DNA of 64,000 nucleotides from Fimbriosthenelais zetlandica (lineage: Eukaryota), in contig OZ365109.1 of the NCBI GenBank assembly GCA_977030845.1, positions 53,568,001-53,632,000 of the forward strand, given 5' to 3'. Made by a program: the position numbers and the translations under genes. The notes under the pieces were generated by a model, which did no database searches, was not told the DNA's origin, and saw only the letters and a list, made by a program, of their open reading frames with translations. The first letter of the stretch is position 1. Each line of letters starts with the position of its first letter. This document shows, one piece after another, positions 38,701-49,984 of this stretch.

Positions 38701-39977
38701 GGCTAGGAGATCGTGTAATGCATTGGAAGATAGCACCTATACACCCGCCGGTAATACTAAGTATAATACAATGCAGGCCTACAGTCCTTCGAGTCTAAAA
38801 GACTTTAGTATAGATCTATGATGACGAAGATAATAAAATATGTGCTTCGTGCTTCCATGATAATTTTAAACATAATTATCTCTGGGTTTAATTCTAATTT
38901 TACCAAGATTTTTAAAACATAAGTAAGGGAAATCCTTTTCCGTCTAATGGACATATAAGATGTATAATTATAAAGCACAGCAGGTGAAGTGACGCAGCTG
39001 CTGTGTGTAGGTTGACATGGTGATATTTTTCTTGGCCTTCCTCTATACAGAGTCATCCAAGACTGTATGCTCTTTAGGCTCATCCCCCGTCTATGCCACC
39101 AGTCTTCTGCTCTATATGACATCGCTCTCCCTAATCCCAGCCCATTCCCTAACCACCACAGTGTATAATTACTCATTTCACTTTTTACCGCCGGGCTACA
39201 GATGCTATTGTGTGCCAACATCGATTCACCAATATTACACATCTCATTTTATGCGGCTGTTTCTCCCTGAAATATTTGATCAGATTCCTATTGATGTATT
39301 TTTCTTTTTTACCAGCGTTTTTCACTCCTTCCTTTTTCAGCCACATCCGCCCTGTCGCATCGACGTCTTCAGCAAGCAAGGGAATCAATAGAGGCTCATG
39401 TTTGGTATCAAAGCCTTCGGTGGTCAGGCTTCTAACTATAGAATAGATTTATGGAGGTAGGCAAATACACTGGATATGGCTAAGTTCTTTTTAGCAAGTG
39501 GTCTATATAGGCCTACTCAAGTATAAGAATGAATCTATGAGGGAAATCCACCTGCAGATGTATATATGATTTACTATACGTCATCAAACATCAATAAATT
39601 CCTCCTGTCCAATTTTGAATTCATATAAGAACTGCATGGACAAAACCCCCGGATGGTGTAATGGTAAAAATGCCATTCAATAAAAGAAGAGGGTGAGCCC
39701 AATCAAGTAGGCTACTGTTCTCCAAACGTACATGTATGCTTCAATGCTCACAATATAGGATAATTATTAAAGCCATTGTTTAATTGGCTATAGAAATATT
39801 ATGTGACTGATTATCTAAGTAGCTAGCATGCAGTTTATCTATATGATGAATCTCATCGTCTCTTATCCAGTAGGGGTTTTAAAATAGATCCATCTCTTCT
39901 TCTCTGTATCTTATCACCTCGACACTCAGCATCCTTTTCGTATCACGTCAGCACACCACCACAAAATTATATACAAG

Positions 39978-40025
39978 CAGTGGCGGACCCAGAGGGGGTA
40001 AATTGTAACCCCCACCCCCAACCCC
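39978..40025 (+). mobile_element. hAT/MITE-type terminus CAGTGGCGGACCCAGAGGGGG
   Basis: Typical CAGTGGCGGA terminal motif followed by G-run/C-run subterminal arms. It matches 44531-44542 in inverted orientation over 12 bp. Confidence 0.4.
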
Positions 40026-43000
40026 ACCCGAACACCCTTTTTCTAAAGCAGGTAAATTGGTTTAAAAAACGAAGATTCGTTATTTTATCTTAGACTCATA
40101 TTGGCGGGCACCCAGAACCAAAGTTGAAACTATGCTTTTACCATTTTCAATGTTTAAATCTAACTTGTTCATATGGGTTTCTCTATTTTACAGAGGGCAA
40201 GCTAGGCCTGTGGGCTTTGGAAAAAGTTGAACTTTTTAAGAAAATACTCCTTGAAAAGTGTCCAATTCTGAGGGATGGGGGCAGGCAAAGGTTCCCACTT
40301 TAGTTCTGAGTGCCGTCCCCACGCCATCTCACTGTGCCACCATCTGCCTTCAGGTTCCAATGTGAGGCTTTTTCAGGCACTGTTTTTTCCTTCCACTACA
40401 ATCCACGCCAGCTTTTAGTCTGATCAGTTTGGTCCAGAATACCATTGTTTTATCTGCATACATCACTCCAAATTGCTCCCAGATTGGCAGTCGGAGCTCG
40501 TCTAATCTCACAAATGTCTCCTTGCATTGAGAACGTATTGGGTTTTTTCATTTTTCCCGAAGAAGACTACTGGAGGCTGAGGATCGAGTTTTTAATGTGT
40601 TTTTGTTTCTTTTAATGAACAGGAATGATAGAAGATCGGGTAATGGCTGATTTACTGAACTTTGAATTTAATGAGTTCAATATTGGGCCTCAACTTCATA
40701 ATGTAGGCCTACTTAGTTTAAAAATTGGTTAAATATAATAAGTTAATATAATGACAAGAAAATCCAAATCTATTATCACTTGATTAAAGGCATTAAAGAA
40801 CCATAAAACATGACAAAAACACAACAACCGGTGTGAATCATCTAATACACGTATAGCCATTTCAGTTGAAGCAATTTCACTACCACATGTTTGCTTCGTA
40901 TCGACCTGTTATTGGAGTTACCATTCTCCGTGAAAGCCTTATGAATTACCAATGGAAAAACTCCCAAGCTAATATGAAATAAAGAGACTTGCATGAGCTT
41001 AATCAGCCATAAACATTCTTCGTGACCTGATGGCCTTTTGTCTGATCTATGATACTGGTCCTGCAAACATGCACGAGTGGTGCATCCTACTATATATTTT
41101 ACTAACCACATTTGGCCATTCTTCATCGTTAAAACTCGAACAGAATTTAGAATAATTAAAATCTTTGATATAATTATTTAAAGCACTTTCAGAATGGCGT
41201 AAAAATTCCTCCTGTGGTGCAGGTGTACCGAGGATTGATTGGTCCTTGATGGTCACTTGGTTCAGTTAAATGTAAATTTACTTTCTGTAGAACTAAAGCA
41301 CGAATATTCGTACTGGTAAAAAAGTCGACTAGTATAGGACGCGACTTTTTGAGGGTATTCATAATTTATTTCCTTTTAGAAGGACTCGTTAGATATTCAT
41401 CCTGATTGACACATGTTCAATTTAAGCTTGCTATAAATTAAATTTTGTAGAGTGAAAGAATAGCTTCAGGAGCAAAATATGAATTAATCAGAGGGTGCAA
41501 AATGAAATGAATTAATTATGAATATATTAGAATATATATATATAGGTGATTGTGTACAAATTAAGGCCCTCGAAAAGCATGGGCGATATCAATTCTGTAT
41601 AATTATTGCATAGTGATGCTCAATCCCCCAGGTATCGAACAATATATTGGTATAGCGATAACCAATGCCCCCGGTAGTAATATATAGGAGTACAGATGAT
41701 AGGGGCACAGGCTTTTTATTTTGATGTAGTTTTCTTTAATATCCCAGGGGTTAGCAGGGCATGTGCATTTATTTAGATGGTATTATGATATTCATTTTGA
41801 GATGATTTTGCTTTTAGAAATTTAAGTAAATTGTGTCAATCTGTTAGGACAAGCAAACATAGAGAATCTACTATACCCTTTATGTTCCTTCTGAGACAGA
41901 ATACAGACATTCATTTGGTCTCTTCACTAGACAAATGTCACCATCATCCCTTCTACAAAAGTCCTATTATAGAGAGACCAAAGCCATGAATGGTTCTCCA
42001 GGAGCCCTTCATCCTCGCAGAATGTTGGGAGGACGGCTGAGTGAGGAAGCCAGAGCTCCACTTGGCATTTGTCTCTGGGTATCTACTCACACTTCATTGG
42101 CAAATAACAAACAAGGATGCCAGCGTCCACTCATTGGAAAACATTACCTCCAAATGGATGCACTTCACTGGATTAATGTTGCTGAGAAAACTCAAACATG
42201 TGAATAAATCGCGTTATATATTCTTCATGTTCTCAGGAATTCCACCAAGTGTTGGGTAAATTATGAAGATGGCGATTATTGCCTTGATTTGCGGTTTGAG
42301 ATCCGATTTTCCTATACAGATGAGTGGACACTGTATAAGGTCTTCTGTAGGCTCGATACTTTGTGATTGAACAGAACCTTTATGTACATGTATACATTTT
42401 GGGGAAACAGGCTATGGCCTAAGCAAATTACGTAGGCGTTCTATACGTTTGCAATGGATTTTGCATTTAACTACCCATTCCATATGATAGGCTGTCCTTT
42501 AAGAGAGGTGATAATATGTTCCATCCTTCAGGTCCCATCCCGACCCCAAACTCTGCCTTTCTCATCCCGTATGAAACCAACTCAGACTAATCTTATTCCC
42601 CAATAAACCCACCCTCCCCATACCATCAGGACAAAGCCTACATAATATAACTAAGAGGGGAAAATTGGTTTGTCTCCCATTTCTTCTTGGGGGCACTTGC
42701 ACATCTTACTGGGCAGATCTTCTTGGATTGGTTCCATCTGTAGTCTCACGGGTGCTATTGTATTACCGATAAGAAGGCCGGATACAGACCCATGGCGTAC
42801 TTTTTCCTTCCTGAAAATATAGATCCACTGGGCAGCGCAAATAGTAAAAAGAAGCTCTATATCTTGTAACTTTAGAGTCCTAACTACAGGGTCTGGTCTT
42901 TCCCCTTTGTAGTCTGAAATTCAGCTTGCCCAAATGAATATTTTTAGTCTATAGTCGTTGGGCCCATCCTTCTGCAAAATATGACTGCAGTAACTGTATA

Positions 43001-46000
43001 AGGGTTCGTCCTAAAGCATAGATTCATGTACGAACATGACCCATGCTTGTACACGTACAGACACCACTGTGCAACTTCACATACATTGCCTTGCCTCAGC
43101 CTGCTGTCAGATTTAAGCTAAGACAAGTGCCCCGCGTTATCCAAGCAGTGATGGATTGGATCTGCTTCATCTGCATGATAAACACTGGCATCAATAGTCT
43201 CTCCTATAGTGATATGGCTGAGGCTGCAGCTGCTCAACTAAACCATATACTTATCAATCATGAGTACATTAATTTTTCTTTTGGATTCATCAATGTGCTG
43301 GAAAAGTTCTGCACATAGTTGATCGATTAGGTGTATGTAGAGCACAACAGGAGCTAACATTTTCACCTTTAATGGAGTACATATAACCCACTGGCTGGGA
43401 AAGTTAGAGCAATAATCTATCATATACATGGATTTGGCAAATTTCCTGTATATAATTTAGGACAGTTTATCCACACAAAGCAAAAGTTATGTATGCCCAA
43501 TCCCTGTCATGATGGATGGATAGTTGCTCACACACCACCAAGGAAATAGAAATCAAGAGGAAAGTATTGGCAAAGCAATCAGGAAGTAAGAAAGGCTATC
43601 AGAAGCCTGGCAGCAGAGATGGAAACTACTGACAAGGAGAAAGTAATATTGCCGTTCGGATTCACCAAAAATGCAAAAAGAACCCACTGACGAGAGCACT
43701 TGTGAGCATCTTGTGAAGTCGAAATGTAATATCAGGCTTCAATAATTTAGTAAAATTGGTTAATACAAAAACGATGAACTTGCTGGCCTTTGGGAGCCTT
43801 GCTTTGAACCCTCCATGATGAGGATTTCCCATAAAATCAATTAACACAGCCACACCAAATAGATTTTCGAAGCAGTTCCTGCATATTTGACAATGTCCTA
43901 TTTACAAAGACTTGGGCCTATTTTATAATAAAGATGCATTACTGCAGGGTACCTTTCCTTTAGTAATGGCCCCTGTTTAGGTTATAAATATTAATAAGGC
44001 CTTTAAGTTCACGTTTTATGCCATCCCATTGATGTTGTGCATGATAGCTGAGCGTGTCAGTTCTGACGGGCTTTCAATTCATAAGGCCACCCACCACCGC
44101 GCCTGTTCACCAGCGATAGGCTCTCCCTTTTTGTTTCTGTAATGATCCAGCATGAGATCCATTTCCATTTACTAAATTGGAACCATTTTTACATTCAGAC
44201 ACTTTCTTTCAATTGATTTCAGCCATTTAAGTGTGAAATTAGGCTAATCCCTCCCTTCTGTTTGCGGATCGTCACAACAGATCGTAAAAACGACTTCCTC
44301 TGCCGAAAGGATCAAAGGGATTTTCATAAAATTCATCACAACATTCTGCCATTTGCAATTCCGTTTTTAAGCTATTCCTCTCATCTCGGCTTGTACTACG
44401 TCGGTATGAAATTAAATGCAAATTTGGCGGAATTACCATTTACAGTCATTTCAAAGCATAAAAGAACCATAGCTGACGTCGGAAGGGAATCCGGGAATCT
44501 AGAAGAAGCGAGGGCAGACCCCCGGCAGACTCTGGGTCCGCCCCATAGAAATCATAGTAAGATGTGACAATTTTCACTTTGAGCGATAAAAACATCTCTG
44601 AAATGTTGCGGGGAGGGATATAGGCCTACTCACGACTGCCATTGGTGTTGGGAATTAGTTCTATTTTAATAATGAAGAATGATTCGAATATAAGCCAATG
44701 ATACAGCGAGATTGTGCCTCCCTCAGGTGGTTGAATTTCACAACTCGATCTCCGATGTTGAATGTTAGATCATGTTATTGCAACAGGATGTCCCACCTCA
44801 GGTAGGCTTACTAGCTCTCGACAAATAGAACTTTAGAGTGACTATCTCCTAAGAATATAATAATTTGATAATTAAACACAGTTAAGGATTAATCATGCCA
44901 TGCATCAATATAAATCATATAGGCTGGAATGCATGGAGGCTTGCAAATAAACATATTACATTTGCATTTCCTACAGTAATTTCCTATAAATGCCTGGAAT
45001 TTTAGTTCTTCAAGGAAATGCCGTTTGACGACGGAAAACGTTGCTGAAACACCACATGGTCATAAAATTAAATTTAAACATGCTACGTTATGATACAATA
45101 AGTTATAAGGACAGTCATAACATGATATCAAACGTTTTTACCCTCAAGAGAGCTATTTAATAATATGAACCTTTTTAGAACTTAGCGGCAAAATAATCTT
45201 ATGAAGATATATAAATTACGGAAACTGGAATGGAGTAAATTAAGGTAGGTTGGACGTGTGAGGTATGAATAGATCTTCCAAAGATATGTATAGCGTCTTC
45301 AAAGATCAAATCAAAAGTAGCAAATCCAAATCGAAAGAGCTCATTTCTCTAGCATCTGTTGCACATGTTTATTGGAGTGTGGGCAGGAAAGTCAACCTAT
45401 GATGAATAAATAGGTAACAGGGCGTCTGCACAGGAAACATTCATAAATTATTTTTCGACCATAATAATTATATGACGGTTATATTTTTGCGTGGTAACCT
45501 CGTATACATGTACAGTGGCTGGACAATTGAAATAAATTCTACGCCTATAATATTACTATTTTATTATTATATAATTATATTATTATATAACCCAACAGTA
45601 TTCTAAGCTTATGTGATTTGTATGACATTGCAGATATCATAAACCAATCCTCAATGTGTTAATGGTTAATTACGATATTTTGATGTCAGGGTCAATTAGC
45701 AGGCCAATGATCTAATTGGACCAGAGTTAAATAAAGAGTCATTAATACCTGTTATATCAAGTCTGTAGTAATTATCTTACAATATTAGTTCTCCTCATTG
45801 ATTTATAATTCAGGGATGAAGCTCAATTTTAATTGCTGCTGAAATTCAAATGCAATATGACTAAAAGTCAAAATCATTGAATAAGCAGAAGCAATGTAAG
45901 CTGCGAACAAGTTCTAATTGTACACATATACGTAAGCCTATACACTCTGAAAGGTAAAACTAAAAATGTTTGCTACTGGACATTTTGATATATCAAATAC

Positions 46001-47438
46001 GTCAAACCCTGACATTTTACAGTATGTGCGCCCGTGTATTTGAATAGGTAGAAACAAAATGACATCCATCACGGTATTTAAATTTTTATGGGTTGATATT
46101 AGTAGGCAACCAAGGGATACGTTATATGCCCTATACATTTCTATCAGTCAAAATGGTAGTTTTTGATGAAATATTGCCCATGATGATCAATTATTAGCAA
46201 GAAGCATGTATGGTATTTAAGTGATGTAAGTGTGTGGCTGACACCAAATTTTGTTTCATGTCAAATAGGTTGTTATGAATCGCATTTTGGAACTCTGTTT
46301 TGGTATCATTAATATTTAATTGCCAGATTTGTCATGGTTCGAACAACCATATGACAGGATAACGCAAAGGTCAGAAATATCATAGGCCTAATAGGGAAAC
46401 TTTAGAATTTCGATTGAGTCTTTGGGATCCTATACCACAGCACACACTAAGCTAAGAATTTGGATTTTATTAGGGCTATTCAATGTCAGTGTTGAGAAAG
46501 AATCTTTGCAATAATAGATCTGTTGTCAGAGGGAAATAGCCTAGCCTACATAGAGGCCTAGACTAGAAACAGGCTGATTTAGAGGCAGCCTTTAATTAAC
46601 ATATAGCAACAATAATAAAAGATGCACTAGACATTAAATAAATGATGCAGAAGAGACATCCTTTATTCATTGGCCCCATTCTGAACCAACTTCTGTTAAA
46701 GCCGGAAGTCTCTACGTCATCTTATTATAAATCAGGAAGCAGTTTCTTTGTACATGGTGAGTGTTATAATAATATCTACAGACGCCATAAAAATAATGAG
46801 TTTATGTGTCCTCCTTCACCTTCTTACACCTTGGGAAGCTGGAGGTCAAGCCTTGCCATGATGAAGCAAGCTGCCTGACATGGCCTCTCTGATCATGATA
46901 GATCAGGGTCCCACATATGACGCAAACCCCACACCAACTGGTCCCCAAGGTGTGAAATAAATGTCTATAGATCTGCACAATATTAAAGGAATAAAGATTC
47001 ACTATAATTATCATTAGGCGGCCTAGGCCTACTTAGGCCCTAAGTCTTTTTTGCATAGGCGCCTACCCGGTAGCCTATCTCTCCATTTTATGTGTGTGGG
47101 CAATGACCACATTCATCACCTCGCCAAAAACAACTTAGACCTATGTTTAGCTTAGACCAATGTTACAGAATATGAAGATTTTAGGCTTTGTCAAGCCTAA
47201 TAGGCCTGCTCCCATATTATAGCCTACAGCCTAACACATCAATTCATAATGTTAAATCACATCAACCATATGCTACTCTACAAGGCCTTGGTCCATAGAC
47301 AGTCTGGCTGAAATATATCAGACCTCCCTTAACCGTCCTGTCAAGTTTTTTCACCTTCCCCAGGTCATGGTCATATACCTCAACGTCAATCACGTCAATT
47401 TTAATGAGAAACAAACTGTTCTTCTAGGGGCCACTTCA

Positions 47439-47493
47439 TGACGTCACAAAAAGGACGCATGCGCTTTTGAAAGGTGGACGATCTCTATAAATA
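47439..47493 (+). promoter_or_regulatory. Core promoter of the three-finger protein gene: CRE, NRF1-like site, TATA box
   Basis: TGACGTCA 47439-47446, CGCATGCGC 47456-47464, TATAAATA 47486-47493; the ATG is at 47617. Confidence 0.7.
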
Positions 47494-47616
47494 GCAAGAA
47501 CTGATGACTCCCAGGCAGACTCATCCAAATCACGGGAGTGTGAAAGTAGAGGGAACAAGAAGAAATAAGAGAACAGAGAAGAGTAGGATACAAACGGTTT
47601 AGAGTCTCATCCGAAT

Positions 47617-49207
47617 ATGTCCTCTTCAATCTTCTTTGCTACAGTGTTTGCCTTTCTAGTGGCCCTGGTGGCTTCAGAAGGCTATGGCGAACATGAAGTA
47701 GAAGAAACTACCATCACGACCACCACCGAATACGTTCCCAAAAGTGAGTATTTGTTTTTTTATTCCTGAGAAATCTATTGGTACCTATACTTTCATATTA
47801 GTTTTACTGTGTGGAAAGTATATTTTATCCTTTTCATAGTTCTAACTTCCGAGCCTTGTGCACAGCTATTAGGTGACATGTAATACATTAATTCAGCATT
47901 GAAATTTAATACATGTATTAAGTTTAGATTAAGCAATAATAACCCAAATGAGCCAAGTATAGGGCCTAATGTAGGCCCCCTAGGCCTTCCACCACACAGC
48001 CTCTCAAATCAACCATTTTCTTTTAATACAGGAAAATGTTATCAATGTTCATACTCCCCCGGCAAAACTGTGTATACAGAAAAAGAATTTGTGAAGAAGA
48101 TCCCAGATCCAACAACTGGCAAATATAAGATCGTCCGTGAGAAGAAGATGGTTCCCGAAAAACAAATGGGAGGCTGGGATAAGTGCAGAGGACCCTTCAG
48201 CAAATACGACGCAGACAAATTCGGCGTTGATACATGGGAATGTGAACACAATTGTTTCGTCCGAGTCGACAAGGCTGGTAGTAAGTTCATGCTTTCTCTT
48301 GATTTGTATCATTTTGGGTTAAAATAATTTACCATTTCGGGATAAAAAAAGGATAAAAAAAAATCGTGTTTGATGCAGTGGGCAATTATTATGATCATAG
48401 TTAAGGATTCTGTGGCACTGGTTTTCTACTGATATATAAGTTGAAGATGATGATGGCTCTGCTATACAGAAACGCCCAGTTCTTGATATCACTTCATAAA
48501 AAGTGAATGTTGTGTTGGTCAGTCGATTAATGATGACATACTGAACTGATGGCTGGCACTAAAGTCATTAATTTGATTAATTTATTCATGGGCCACGGGC
48601 CACCCTGGATGTTTGCCCTGACATAGATCAGAGATCAACAAATCATTTGTAAAAATGATCATAAAATATGTCATATCTTACCTGTGATTTCCACACATTT
48701 TAGACAGATAATTATCCCAATTAATGGCAGCATGTGGACAATCAGCTTGAGTGATTAGTAAATTCCTTCACTGCCCAGCTGTGTTATGGTGGTAGTAAGG
48801 GAGGATGTATGGTTCGAGCTGTAAAAGAGATCATGTAGTGACATGATCTAGCATTGTAATGTCCGGTGTCATCCCATCACTGTCACAATGACGGCTGGGC
48901 CGACATGAGGAGGTGAGACAAGGAAATGACAGATGATGAATAGTCAGCGTCTGGGGACATTACTTGACGGTACAACCTCCCAGACTTCGATACATGGCCC
49001 ATAATTGCATAACAGATCCAATATTTCTGATCATTTTGTTTTGATGACTACAATAACAATTATTCTTTCCCAGATTTATTCCGTGGTTGCTACCGAGGAG
49101 AATTCGGAGTGGATCCCCATGATATGGAAGTACAAGAAGTGGGCGATTCTAAATACAAATTCTGTGAAGACGAACTTTGCAACAACTTCAACATCCAGGA
49201 AAAATAG
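47617..49207 (+). CDS. Secreted three-finger (Ly6/uPAR, quiver-like) 8-Cys protein, 169 aa, 3 exons
   Basis: Exons 47617-47743, 48032-48280 and 49074-49207, with GTGAGT/GTAAGT donors and pyrimidine-rich acceptors; phases 1/1 join in frame. Signal peptide MSSSIFFATVFAFLVALVAS. Cys pattern CYQC...C...C-x3-C...RGC...C-x4-CN. The stop comes soon after CN, with no hydrophobic GPI tail. Confidence 0.88.
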
Positions 49208-49502
49208 TTCCTTATTTTTGTGATACAGAAAGGTGTTGGGTCATCCAACCTAAAACAGACCATGGACAATTGAAGGAAAGGTGGTTGGGGATATGCCGGA
49301 TCCAAGTACCGGTAGCAGAAACTCCCAAGAGGAAGACGTCCGGAATAATAGGACGCTCTACTGAGGGTGTTTCTTATCGTTCCCAGGGTCTGCTCCACAG
49401 ACATGTTGTTGACACCTGCCATACTAAACTTACTGTGTAATATAGTGTTGTTGGTTTTGTCTCCTATGTATACATACGTCTCACTTTGTCATAAATGAAA
49501 AT

Positions 49503-49508
49503 AATAAA
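49503..49508 (+). terminator. Polyadenylation signal of the three-finger protein gene
   Basis: AATAAA about 300 nt after the stop codon, followed by GT/T-rich sequence. Confidence 0.6.
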
Positions 49509-49597
49509 AAGGTGTGAATAGTTTCGAAACGAGAGTTGTTAATTCTCATTTTATAATTATTTAAGGAGCATATATAGGGGTACCCTGCCCCCGAGTT

Positions 49598-49623
49598 TGC
49601 CCCCCCCCCCACACACACACACA
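49598..49623. repeat. Poly-C run followed by a (CA)n microsatellite
   Basis: A C-run of about 11-12 bases followed by ACACACACACACA, in the gap between two convergent genes. Confidence 0.8.
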
Positions 49624-49901
49624 ACCGTATCCCTCACAGACCTTTCTCCTATTCCAGAGCAGAACATAGGCTTAATATAAATTCCTGATTCAATAGGCAA
49701 GATTCAAAATCAGTTTACGCAGTTTTTAATGAAACAACTCGATTTTTGTAGGGTGCAACTACACATAATATACCAAAGGCAGCCACATCCATGAACATTT
49801 TGCATGAAGTATTCATGAAACTAAATTGTTAAACTTGTTAGCATTTTACACGAATCATGCAAAGGAATCAGAGGGGGGCCCTTTCTGCAGATTTTATCTG
49901 C

Positions 49902-49907
49902 TTTATT
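49902..49907 (-). terminator. Polyadenylation signal of the HPGD-like gene
   Basis: TTTATT on the + strand (AATAAA on -), about 80 nt after the TAA stop at 49985. Confidence 0.5.
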
Positions 49908-49984
49908 ATGTATTACATGGAAACTTTACACAGAACGTTTACTTTGGTCTGCACATTAGTTCTTAACTTAACAAAGTGAATGGC

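Noticed and set aside
43687-43724. CTGACGAG...CGAAA hammerhead-like spacing
   Set aside because: Stem II has only two pairs, and no stem III/NUH partner could be found.
44416-44545. Octamer ATGCAAAT plus GC-box, as in an snRNA distal element
   Set aside because: No recognisable snRNA sequence or PSE at the expected distance on either strand.
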